Shown piece after piece: positions 51,301 to 62,082 of a stretch of DNA of 64,000 bases. The stretch covers positions 95,768,298 through 95,832,297 of the forward strand of contig NC_068987.1 in assembly GCF_001194135.2 (NCBI RefSeq). Reading direction: 5' to 3'. Position 1 is the first letter of the stretch; every line of letters starts with the position of its first letter. This DNA is from Octopus bimaculoides. Taxonomy: Eukaryota. The position numbers were made by a program, and so were the translations under genes. A model generated the notes under the pieces. That model was not told where the DNA came from. It ran no database searches and was given only the letters and a program-made list of their open reading frames with translations.

Positions 51301-52809
51301 GCCCGGCCATCGGGAAATATTACCTTGCTTGGAAACCAGGCTCCAATCTGATTAGAAACTCTGCCAAATCAGATTGGAGCCTGGTGTAGCCACCTGGTTC
51401 ACCAGTCCTCAGTCAAATCGTCCAACCCATGCTAGCATGGAAAGTGGACGTTAAACGATGATGATGATGATGGAACAGGTGAGGGTTAGCAACAGAAAGA
51501 GCCTCAAATGATCTCTGTCCAACCCATGCAAGCACGGAAAATTGGGCATTAAATCACACACACACACACACACGTAACAAAGTGGAAAGGAGTATAAACT
51601 TGAATGCAAAATACATTAGTAAGTGCAATATCTGTGCAATATTAGTTTTATGAATGTTTTTAAACTATCATCCCACATGTGTTTTCAAGCAGTTCTAGAT
51701 ATAAAATGACCAAATAAATATGCTGGATTATTGGCTCACATATTGATTAAATAGATTTTATTTCGGGGGGGGGGGGGAATAGTTAAGTATAAGACTGCAG
51801 GCTAATACTTTTCAGGTGTTCCAGGAAAGTTAACTGTGATAGACTATCAATCCTGTCCTTGAGAGCTATTTCATTAAGTGCTTGAAAGACTGTATAAACT
51901 CTGGTTGGTGGAGATTTCTGTGTGCATTTCCTTAAACTCATTACCATGCTAATAATGAGTCTTTTTGTTGTTTTTTTAAACTATACACAATTCTATGATG
52001 TTGAGTTTATAATTAAGTGCTTAGCTGTATTTGTTTTCATTTCCAATGTGTGAAAGGCTAGTATTTTCTTCTTTTTATTCCACTTTTTAGTTTTGCTCTT
52101 TTTTTTTTTTTTTTTTNNNNNNNNNNTTTTTTTTTTTTTTTTCTTATTAGTGACGAAGTTGGGGAAACTCATATTCCGAATGTAACTTGGCCTCCAATCA
52201 TATCGTTGTAGGTGTATGCTGTGTCTGTATAAGAGTTGTCAAAAATGCAGACAATACAACATTGTACTCTGCATTTTTTTTTCTATTTCAAGATCAGTAG
52301 GTTTGTTATTGTGAGATAGCAATAAGACATGCCTGTTCTTGTACTAGAATAAATTATTTGATGTGTATACATTGTATTTGTGTCTTTATTTTACATAAAA
52401 TGTAAGTTAAAACCTTTTCCACTGAATTGTGTCAATATCTACATTGCACATTTGATGATGCCTGTCTGCTGTCCTCACTTGCTCAAGCTGGCATGTGTCA
52501 TTCAGACCACATCTTGGTCTTTTTTTTTATCTCCCAGTATATATGCAGATTAACTTATTTTTCTTTTTATTCCTACTGACACCATATCATTGTAGCTTTT
52601 CTGTTTACTTTGTAATGATAGTTTTTTGTGTGAGTGTCATCACTTGTGTACAAAGCTTTTTTTATTCTTAGGGAAAAGAAAACAAAGAAAAGTCAATGTC
52701 TGTAAGATTAACTTCAAAATGTGAAACAATTAGTTTGGTTATCTACTCTTTCTACATTATTTACGTTATTTACATTTGACGGATATTTGTCCTCATCTTG
52801 TTCGTTGTT

Positions 52810-52855
52810 AACACAATGTTTCGGCTGATAGACTCTCCAGCCTTCGTCAGGTGTC
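52810..52855 (-). ncRNA. Second hammerhead copy (sense to the PLE ORF), stem III mutated
   Basis: The reverse complement reads GACAC CTGACGA aGGCTGG agagtcta TCAGCC GAAAC ATT GTGTT. The G>A change at a CpG breaks the C-G pair. Confidence 0.55.
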
Positions 52856-52920
52856 TTGGGGAAATTTCGAACCTGGGTTCTCATTCCTAACGATGTTACT
52901 ATTATTATATTATTATTAAT

Positions 52921-52995
52921 CAGGTCGCTGCCATAAATCGAACTCGGAATCTTGGGGTTAGTAGCCCGCGCTCTTAACCACTACGCCATATGCCC
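52921..52995 (-). promoter_or_regulatory. tRNA-derived segment with Pol III A and B boxes inside the PLE 3' region
   Basis: Minus strand GGGCATA-TGGCGTAGTGG(A box)-TTAAGAGCGCGGGCTACTAACCCCAAGATTCC-GAGTTCGATTT(B box-like). The acceptor stem is not intact, so this is not a tRNA gene. Confidence 0.6.
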
Positions 52996-53024
52996 ATGGG
53001 CAATTATGGAGTGAATTTTAGGGT

Positions 53025-53467
53025 TTATAAATCTATTATTTTTCTATCCTTCCTCAATACCAATTCCCATATGCTATTCATATCTGTACTCGGTCTGCTT
53101 AGGAGGTTGTTGTGTCCTAGCATATGTGCTGCTTCTTTTAGTTTTCGTATTTTCCAGTGTTGTTCCCTGTCTATTATTTTAACTTCATCCCACAGGGGGA
53201 TGTGGTCTCCATTTTGCCATACATGATCAGCTATACCCGATTTATCAATATCTCCTCATGTCACAGCTTTGCGATGTTCTTCTACCCTTATTTTGAGGGG
53301 GCGGCATGTTTCGCCTTTGTATAACCTACCACAGCTGCATGGGATGGAGTACACGCAATTTTTGGTCATATTCACTTCTGTTGGTGGTTTTACCCGAAGG
53401 AGATATTTGCGAAGTGTTGTATTGCTCTTGAATACTGCCCTGATGTCATATGGGCCGCATATCTTTT
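53025..53467 (-). pseudogene. PLE GIY-YIG endonuclease remnant
   Basis: NCVYSIPCSCGRLYKGETCRPLKIRVEEHRKAVT*GDIDKSGIADHVWQNGDHIPLWDEVKIIDREQHWKIRKLKEAAHML... has one in-frame TGA at 53256-53258. Confidence 0.85.
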
Positions 53468-53484
53468 GTTCGAAATTTCCCCAA

Positions 53485-53530
53485 GACACCTGACGAAGGC
53501 TGGAGGGTATATCAGCCGAAACGTTGTGTT
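53485..53530 (+). ncRNA. Minimal type I hammerhead ribozyme motif in the PLE pseudo-LTR
   Basis: GACAC-CTGACGA-a-GGCTGG(loop)TCAGCC-GAAAC-GTT-GTGTT. Stem I GACAC/GTGTT, core CUGANGA and GAAA, loopless palindromic stem III (AACGTT), GUU cleavage triplet. Confidence 0.65.
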
Positions 53531-53695
53531 AACAACAAACAAGATGAGGACAAATATCCGTCAAATGTAAATAATGTAAATAATTCCTCATCTCTTAAAT
53601 ATAGAACTGTATTTTCTACTCTTTCTGTTAATTCTTTTGCTTTGATAAGGGAGCCTTAAGTACATTATGTTATGGAGCTTATACTCTTTTACTCC

Positions 53696-53871
53696 CTTTT
53701 ACTTGTTTCAGTCATTTGACTGCGGCCATGCTGGAGCACTGCCTTTAGTCGAGCAAATTGACCCCAGGACTTATTCTTTGTAAGCCTAGTACTTATTTTA
53801 TCGGTTCTTTTGCCGAACCACTAAGTTACGGGGACGTGAACACACCAGCACCAGTTGTCAAGCGGTGTTGG

Positions 53872-53910
<39 letters not shown>

Positions 53911-54074
53911 CATACATACATACAACAAGCTTCTTTCAGTTTCCGTCTACCAAATCCACTCACAAGGCTTTGGTTGGTCCGAGGCTATAGTAGAAGACAC
54001 TTGCCCAAGGTGCCACGCAGTGAGACTGAACCCAGAACCATGTGGTTGATAAGCAAGCTACTTACCACACAGCC
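53696..54074 (-). mobile_element. SINE family A, full length, with internal (TA)n(TG)n
   Basis: Reverse complement of the 11041-11410 element with an internal microsatellite. Confidence 0.85.
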
Positions 54075-54783
54075 TGAAAATCTCCATTTTAATGGGGAGA
54101 CACTATCGCAAATTCTTTCTTTTTAATTATCAGGAGATGGTATTATTTATCAGGCACAAGATATGCATTCCTATCCTTATTTTGTTTCCAAGGTAATTGT
54201 TCAGTCATCATCATTTAACATCTGTCTTCTATGCTGGTTTAGGTTGGATGGTTTGACAGGATCTTGCATGCCAGAGGACTGCACCTAGCTCCACTGTCTG
54301 TTTTGGCATGGTTTTTGCAACTGGATGCCTTTCCTAATGCCATCCACTTTACAGAATAGACTGAGTACTTCTTACATGACACCAGCACCAGCAAAGTATG
54401 CTTTGGCATGGTTTTTACAGTTGGATGTTCTTCCAAATGCTAAAATTTAAATTCAGAAAGCATGAAACAAAACAGTGTAAAGTATCAATTCCAATTCACT
54501 ATTCTCTATCTTGTGTTGGTGTCCATTTAATTCCTCTGTGAGAAATGGTGTAAACAATAATGCAGAGGAACATCTTTTGACCAGAGTAGAAAAGCTAACA
54601 AGATTCTCTGAAGCTGGCTGGTTTCCTGCCACCACCAATCAGGCTAACTAGTTCATTCTTCTTTCTTCCTCTTGTCACCCGTATTAAACCCCATTGCCAC
54701 AAGTTTCTCACTAATCACTTCACCCCTAGAATTTTCCCCTTCCCACCAGCCAATCATAATTTTCTTTCTGGCGCCTGAGAAGA

Positions 54784-55369
54784 ATATCAGGATCTTTTTT
54801 AAAACGGGGACCACATTTTTCATTAACGAAACACTTTGAAACTTGGAACACTGGTAGAATGTGTCATATAAAACATCTTTTTCTCTTAGTCTTCTTTAAA
54901 AAAAAAGAAATCCCTAAGTTATTCCATGTTAAAGTTGTCGTATTTCTGTAATTTCAACCAATCACTGACGTCCATTCAGCCGATATACATTAAGTGCCGA
55001 CTACATAGACAAACGATTCTGAAACAATTCTATCGGTGATAGGGTTAGGGTAAAACAGCAAATTTAAAAAGAAAAAAGCAAATAAAACGAAGAAAAAAAG
55101 AAGAAAATGAAAAAAAGCAAATAAAACGAAGCTATGGCTTAATCAGCCAAAGGAGTAAATGTAAACAACTGAATACTTGTCAGTGATTGGTTGAAATTAT
55201 CGAAATAAGACAATTTTTTACATGAAATTAATTCGAATACAAAAATATTTTTCTGTTCTATAACACAAAATAGATAAGTATACGAAGTTTGAAAGTCTTT
55301 CGGTACCAAAAACACTACGTAAGACATTAATGAAAAATGTGGCCCCCGTTTTAAAAAAGAGCCGAATAT
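54784..55369. mobile_element. MITE-like element with imperfect TIRs and internal inverted repeats
   Basis: atatcaggatcttttttaaaacggggaccacatttttcattaa pairs with ttaatgaaaaatgtggcccccgttttaaaaaagagccgaatat. Inner pair atttcaaccaatcactgac / gtcagtgattggttgaaat. TSD not evident. Confidence 0.6.
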
Positions 55370-56301
55370 CATCTATACTGGTCTCAGATGTCCTGCAAAG
55401 ACCAAGGTGACAGATCTTTTCCCTAATCTATATTAAAGAAAAAGGAGCTCCAAGATCACCTTGATGGTACATACACCAGGTTTTTCATGAAAGCTCAAAG
55501 CATCTCATGGTGTGAGCACCATGTGATGTTTTGAGTCTTCAAAAACTGTGTGTGTGGGGGGGGGGTTATGGACACATTCCACCCATCTCTGCTATTGTTA
55601 ATCAATGCAGAGTAAGCTTTGCTAGCTTCTGATGTCTTGTTGAACTACAGGACGTATCAGTTATATTTTGGAAGACTTCACACCCTAATAGGATGTGGAA
55701 TACTCTAATGTTATTTACTAATATTCTTGGCATGGAATTGTGAAATACATCGCAATTGCTTCTGCTTGAAGAAGAAAAGTTTGTACATTATAATTATTCT
55801 GAAAACTAAGTTTTTGGATTTACTTGTGTACAACTTACTTTATTGCAGATAGGATTTGTGGTCTATTTGCAATTAAACGAATCCTGTAGATTTGTTGAAC
55901 TGTAAGTAAATCTCATGGGAATAGGAGTTTAAGAAAAAATATCTTCATTTTGCTTGAAGGCTTATCAGTGAACGGAATTTGAAAACAGGTGAGAGTAATC
56001 AAACATTTCAAGTAAACTTTATCTCTATGTCTTGAAAAGAGTTCGTAATTTGATTAATCCATCATACTTAGATATTTGATATTACATCGTCAGGCCCTAA
56101 TGTTTTTAATGTTCTTCCCATCTTTAGAATTATTCAGTATTTTGGTATAATTAATATTTTTTTATTTGAGAATTACTTTACCTATTTAATTACTGAGATC
56201 ACTGGAGAGGCGTGGTAAATATTAGTTTTTTGTTTTGAAATTTTGCTGCATTCACAAGCTATGAAAATAACCAAATTGTATCATATCTATCTTTGCACCT
56301 T

Positions 56302-56306
<5 letters not shown>

Positions 56307-56351
<45 letters not shown>
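56307..56351 (+). repeat. (CT)n microsatellite
   Basis: Direct reading. Other microsatellites: (CAT)n 10-45, (CA)n 563-617, (TA)n 946-970, 4506-4550, 40579-40611. Confidence 0.95.
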
Positions 56352-56353
<2 letters not shown>

Positions 56354-59300
56354 GTACCTTTCCCTGTTTAATCCATCCCTCTCTCCTGTACCTTTTTCTA
56401 TCTACTTTTTTCTCTCTACTTTTTTTCATACTTTTCTTTATCTGCTCTCTCACTACACCAATCGCACCTCATATACACAATACCTGTTTAAACCCTGTTT
56501 ACAGACAGGGTTTCAACATCTATGCTACCTCTCACTTTTTTCCTTCTCTGTCCTATTTTGCTTAATTTCTCCCATCCCCTTCTTCCACATCAGACATAAT
56601 GGTTTCTCACTGCATGTGCCTGCTGTATGCTCCCACCATGTTGGGAATTTGCTGCTAGCCTAGCTCGCTCCCCTAATGCACCAGCCATGCCTAAAAGTTT
56701 GGCCAAGCAAAATTGATTAGTGAATAAAATGTAGTGTAAATGACATTCTTTAGGGCTTCTTTATGTAACTTCTGTTAGATTTTATCTGTTTAGTTTATAT
56801 TTATTTTGCATTCTTCACTCCATGATTTCCTGTTTCTGCTTTTACTTCAGTGATGATGTCTTATTTTCTCCCCTCTCACTTACAAACATTCAGTCTATTC
56901 ATTCTCCTAAACTGTGAGCTGTTGTGGAGAAAAAATAAAGTCAAATATTTTTTTTTCTTCAACTTGATATCTTGATTACTATAGTTATGTTTGTTTTATT
57001 TTCCTTTTAAATAGAAACCAAATGTTCTCTCTGCCTGTGTGTAGTTAGCATGCTATTTTTGTGGGAAAAAATTTCTGGTTTTGAACTGACCCTGGGGGAA
57101 AGCTAAGATAATGTTGTTGTGCATGTATGTGTGTGTGTTTATAGTCTGCATATACAAGCACAAACACACATGGCTGGAATTTACGTAAATTGAATTATGT
57201 GTTAGGCACATGACAGATTTTGTGCAAGAGAGTTGTATAAATGAATAAACTTTGCTATATTATTGTTACTTAGTACTGTTCCCAATCCTTATCAGGTATG
57301 TGAGGGAATTGGTTAAACTTGTTAGGGTTTGGGCTAAAAACAGATGCGAAAGAGTGAGCTAAATATTGCAAAGTATTAGTTTGATGTTCTACTGTTTTGA
57401 TAATATTAATTCACTCATACAGTCCTAAATTAACTGATACCTGCATATTAATACTGTTCCTTCCTACTGATCTACCTTTTGTGTCATGTTAAGAGAAGTA
57501 ACTTAAATAGAGTAAGAAAGAAACAGTAGTTATGGAAGTGGTGTGGAGATGGTGACAGTGATGTTGATAATGGTAAATGAAGAAAGATACATAGTAGTAA
57601 ATAAAAAGAGAGAAAGTTAGAGAAAGCAGATGGTGTGAGTGAGGGAAGGAGAGGTAGAAATTGTAGAATCAATAAAGAGATGGAGAGAAAACTGGAGAAA
57701 AAAGGGAGAATATAAAAAAGAGATATTAGTAAATGTTCAGAGAGAGAGAAAGTGAGGTAGAGAGAGAAAGTACGACAAGATTCTAAGAAGTGAGAGGCTG
57801 TGTAGAGTTAAACACAAGAAAAAGACCTGGAAGAAAGTTAACAGTGAAAGTGATATGGAGGGGGAGACAAAAGCATATGAATACATAGTAAAGTTTGTGA
57901 TGCCACTGTGTCTTTATTCTATCATTGAGTTTTGCTAGTTGGTATGATTGCAGATCAAGAGAAAATATACAACAGGTCTTCTGAGTATGAGGATTTATTC
58001 CTTTAGAATTATATTTTTAAAATTATAATTAGAATGTCTGCATCCTGTCGAAGGTTTAATTTGACTTGTGTTGTTTTTTTAATGTATTTATTAGAATTTT
58101 AAATTCTATTTTTCCTGTAAGTGAATGGCGAATGAGTAAGATATTTGCTAAGATATTTCAATATAAATTAATGGAGTTAGTGTATTTAATGTTGAATAAC
58201 TTTGTGTCTGTCTGAACCACAACCAGCACGGAGTGATATTAACTTTTGAGCCAGTTAGTGTTTTGTTTTGTTGTAGACAGACAGTAGTAATGTGGTACCT
58301 TGACCTCACCCTGTTTGTTTCTCTCTTATATGATAAAAAGAAAAAACAAACTAAAATTAAAACTAGTCACAAGATTGCTTTTGTTAGGTAGTTTTTGTTC
58401 ACCAGCAGCATTCTCACTTTTTCAGCTTAATTATCATTTGTGATTTTCACCATGAGAACTAAGCTTTTACATTGCTTGGAATCCTGGACAAAATAAACAC
58501 TATACGCTAGTTTAACCTTTTGGGAGTCTAGGAGTTTGCAAAATATTATTTGTAATTAGTAAAATTCAATTCACTTTTAGGCTTTGTGAATAACACTACT
58601 GAAGCCAAACATTTAAAAAGTTATTTCATACTTTCTAGTTCATATGCTACTAATAGGGTCCAGTATCTTTGCCTCACTCCCTGCATCTGTAGGTGTTCGT
58701 TTTCTTTTTTTATAGGAACTTCATTTTCTTTTTATATCCTGGTGACAGTTCTTTTCACTTATGTTTTTATTAGCAGCCAATAACTCAGTGTACCGACGCA
58801 CAGAAGAAACATAAGGCTATGATAAATTTTTATATAAGTTAAAAAGTATGTAGCTAGGTAACCAGGATAAAATATTACGGTTTTGTTCTCCTGCCTGTTA
58901 TGTATTTTGGGTATTCACTGTTGCTGTTGATATTCAAATGAAGAGAATATTAGAGAATGATTAATTTATTTGTTCTTGGCAGTGAGCCATTGTTGGAGCA
59001 ATATGTTGTACATAAATTGGGGCTTGTGCTGTTTTTACTAAGGTAATGCCTAACCTAGTCCTGAACATATATGAAAGTTCGTGTTTCAGATAAGAGTACA
59101 CGCAATTCTTTGTTCTGCATGAAATGTGGTATCATTAGGTGTACTTTTAGAGACGAATATTGTATACTTGATTAAGTATAGATGTTGAGAATCATTACAT
59201 ATAACTTATTAAAATCATTATCTTCAGTACATTTCTATTATTGATAGTAGCTTTTTATTGTCAAGTCTCAGTTGGTTCAGTTGTTGATATCTTAAAGAAG

Positions 59301-62082
59301 GGGAGAATTTATCTGTTTGCATTAAAATGCTTATAAATGAGCAATATGTTGTGTGTGCCACTCTGATGTCCTGGTAGTTTGCTTCTTTCTGCTGTCAATA
59401 TATGCTTGTCATATGTTCTCATCATCTTCACGAGTTGTTTTGCCATTTTCTGTCAAACTGTTGTGAGTAGAAAAGTCATATGATGTGAAATATTTACTGT
59501 TGGTTTTTGACATTTTGTTTTAAGCCTTTCCTGAAATGGCAAATTTACTTTGAAAATAAAATATTTTATGACAAATGTTTTATTTATTTATTTTCCTGTA
59601 AATAATAAAAAAAAGAAAAACATTGGTTTTACTGGGATTTTGTTATGCATACTTGTTATTCTGAGCATTGAGGATGATTTGATATTAGCATTTTAAAACA
59701 TTGGTACTATGATAGCCATTGACTGTTGTAAATTATTAAGTGCTAGAAATAGTAAAATGTATGATTTCATTACTTCTCTTTACATTCAGATTTCATATTT
59801 TGCTGAAGTTGGCTGTGCCCTTTCTTCCTTTTAGGGTCAATAAAATAAGTTCTGTGCTTCCTATGTTAATAGTTGAAATTAAATTGACCCTTTCTTATAT
59901 TACGAATTTACCACCGAGAGTTTAATGTCAGTGATATAAGCATGGTTTGATCCCCAATCAATGACACTATTGTAGCTTACTCTCTCAGTTTTTAAGAGGT
60001 TCCAGCTACATAGCCTTAGACTAGCAATTATAGGTCTTTGAAACAGCAAATTCCCTGTAGCACAGTTTGAATGCAGAGAGTTGCTGTTTTCTTTATCCTG
60101 TTAGTTGAAAATTGACCAATACATCATTTATGATAAGTTTTATATGTAATGTTTCAGTAATAAATTTTTTGTAAAACAAGTTAGCATAGTAATGTGATAA
60201 AATAGAATATTAGTGAAAAGATTTGGGACAATCTTCAAACATTACCGAGAAATTGTTTCACGTGAGTCATAGCCTCTGTATATTTTACTGCTTTTCCTTC
60301 ACACGATAGTCAGTCAGTGTTAATAACAGCTAGTAGTGTGGTGTGACTTTAGTCACTAAATTTATCTGAGGTAAAAGCAATTGTTGCTTTAAAAGGTTAA
60401 TTTTTGTAGTAAAGAATAATATAGTCCTGGAAGGATCAAGTTCGCTCCAGTGAAACTTGAACTCAAACTGTACTGCTTGGAATTTAATATAGCAGGCTGT
60501 AAGTTCTAACTTGTTCATCTCTAAACCATACGCAGAGTCGTGTGTTTAAATTACTTGAGCTGCTAGCTGTTAATTTGAACATGAACACTGCTCTCAGTCA
60601 CTCACCTTTTATGTATCTGCTTGTGTAAGGAGTGTACTTGAGAGGTTAATTGTAACAAAATAATGTATCAGGTTGTCTTCCTATGTTATTCATTATTTAG
60701 GCCAGTACATTAGAGAAAAGTAATGTAAGCTGTTGATGCTCATAGTTTGATAAACTATTAGTGACTCTGTCTCTGGTTGCCATTCAACTACTTCACATTA
60801 GGAAAATTTTGAACATTACAAACATTAGGTTATCTTGTTCTCCTTTCCCTTATAAAATCTGAAGTGTTATATTAATGTAATAGATATAAAGCATCAATCT
60901 CAACAAATGATTGATACATGGTTCAATCCTCAATCAGTGAGACTATTGTAGTTTACTCTCTCAGTTTTTAAGAGGTTCCAACTACATAGCCTTAGACTAG
61001 CAATTATAGGTCTTTGAAACAGCAAATTCCCTGTAACACAGTTTGAATGCAGAGAGTTTTAAATAGTTCCATCAGATTTCCTTCAGTTGTGCTTAGTTGA
61101 TCACTGGCACCATTTTTCTGTTGTTAGGTCCATTCTGTACACCAGTGGTGGCATCATCATCATCATCATCATCATCGTTTAACGTCCGCTTTCCATGCTA
61201 GCATGGGTTGGACGATTTGACTGAGGACTGGTGAAACCGGATGGCAACACCAGGCTCCAGTCTGATTTGGCAGAGTTTCTACAGCTGGATGCCCTTCCTA
61301 ACGCCAACCACTCAGAGAGTGTAGTGGGTGCTTTTACGTGTCACCCGCACGAAAACGGCCACGCTCGAAATGGTGTCTTTTATGTGCCNNNNNNNNNNNN
61401 NNNNNNNNNNNNNNNNNNNNNNNNNNNNNNNNNNNNNNNNNNNNNNNNNNNNNNNNNNNNNNNNNNNNNNNNNNNNNNNNNNNNNNNNNNNNNNNNNNNN
61501 NNNNNNNNNNNNNNNNNNNNNNNNNNNNNNNNNNNNNNNNNNNNNNNNNNNNNNNNNNNNNNNNNNNNNNNNNNNNNNNNNNNNNNNNNNNNNNNNNNNN
61601 NNNNNNNNNNNNNNNNNNNNNNNNNNNNNNNNNNNNNNNNNNNNNNNNNNNNNNNNNNNNNNNNNNNNNNNNNNNNNNNNNNNNNNNNNNNNNNNNNNNN
61701 NNNNNNNNNNNNNNNNNNNNNNNNNNNNNNNNNNNNNNNNNNNNNNNNNNNNNNNNNNNNNNNNNNNNNNNNNNNNNNNNNNNNNNNNNNNNNNNNNNNN
61801 NNNNNNNNNNNNNNNNNNNNNNNNNNNNNNNNNNNNNNNNNNNNNNNNNNNNNNNNNNNNNNNNNNNNNNNNNNNNNNNNNNNNNNNNNNNNNNNNNNNN
61901 NNNNNNNNNNNNNNNNNNNNNNNNNNNNNNNNNNNNNNNNNNNNNNNNNNNNNNNNNNNNNNNNNNNNNNNNNNNNNNNNNNNNNNNNNNNNNNNNNNNN
62001 NNNNNNNNNATAAGTTTTCTAGCTAGCAGAACCTTGAAAGTAGTAATCACTCAATGGAGGGTACTTCACAAGCCACTATATA

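Larger units (their letters stand above)
52756..53584 (-). mobile_element. 5'-truncated Penelope-like retroelement with inverted pseudo-LTRs
   Basis: GIY-YIG endonuclease remnant between two 117-bp inverted repeats (52756-52872 and 53468-53584; 5 differences). Confidence 0.88.

Noticed and set aside
52921-52995. Possible functional tRNA gene
   Set aside because: A and B boxes are present, but the acceptor and T stems do not pair properly; treated as a tRNA-derived promoter segment.
56259-57860. Low-complexity ORFs (ERERER..., LSLSLS...)
   Set aside because: Translations of (CT)n and GA-rich simple sequence.
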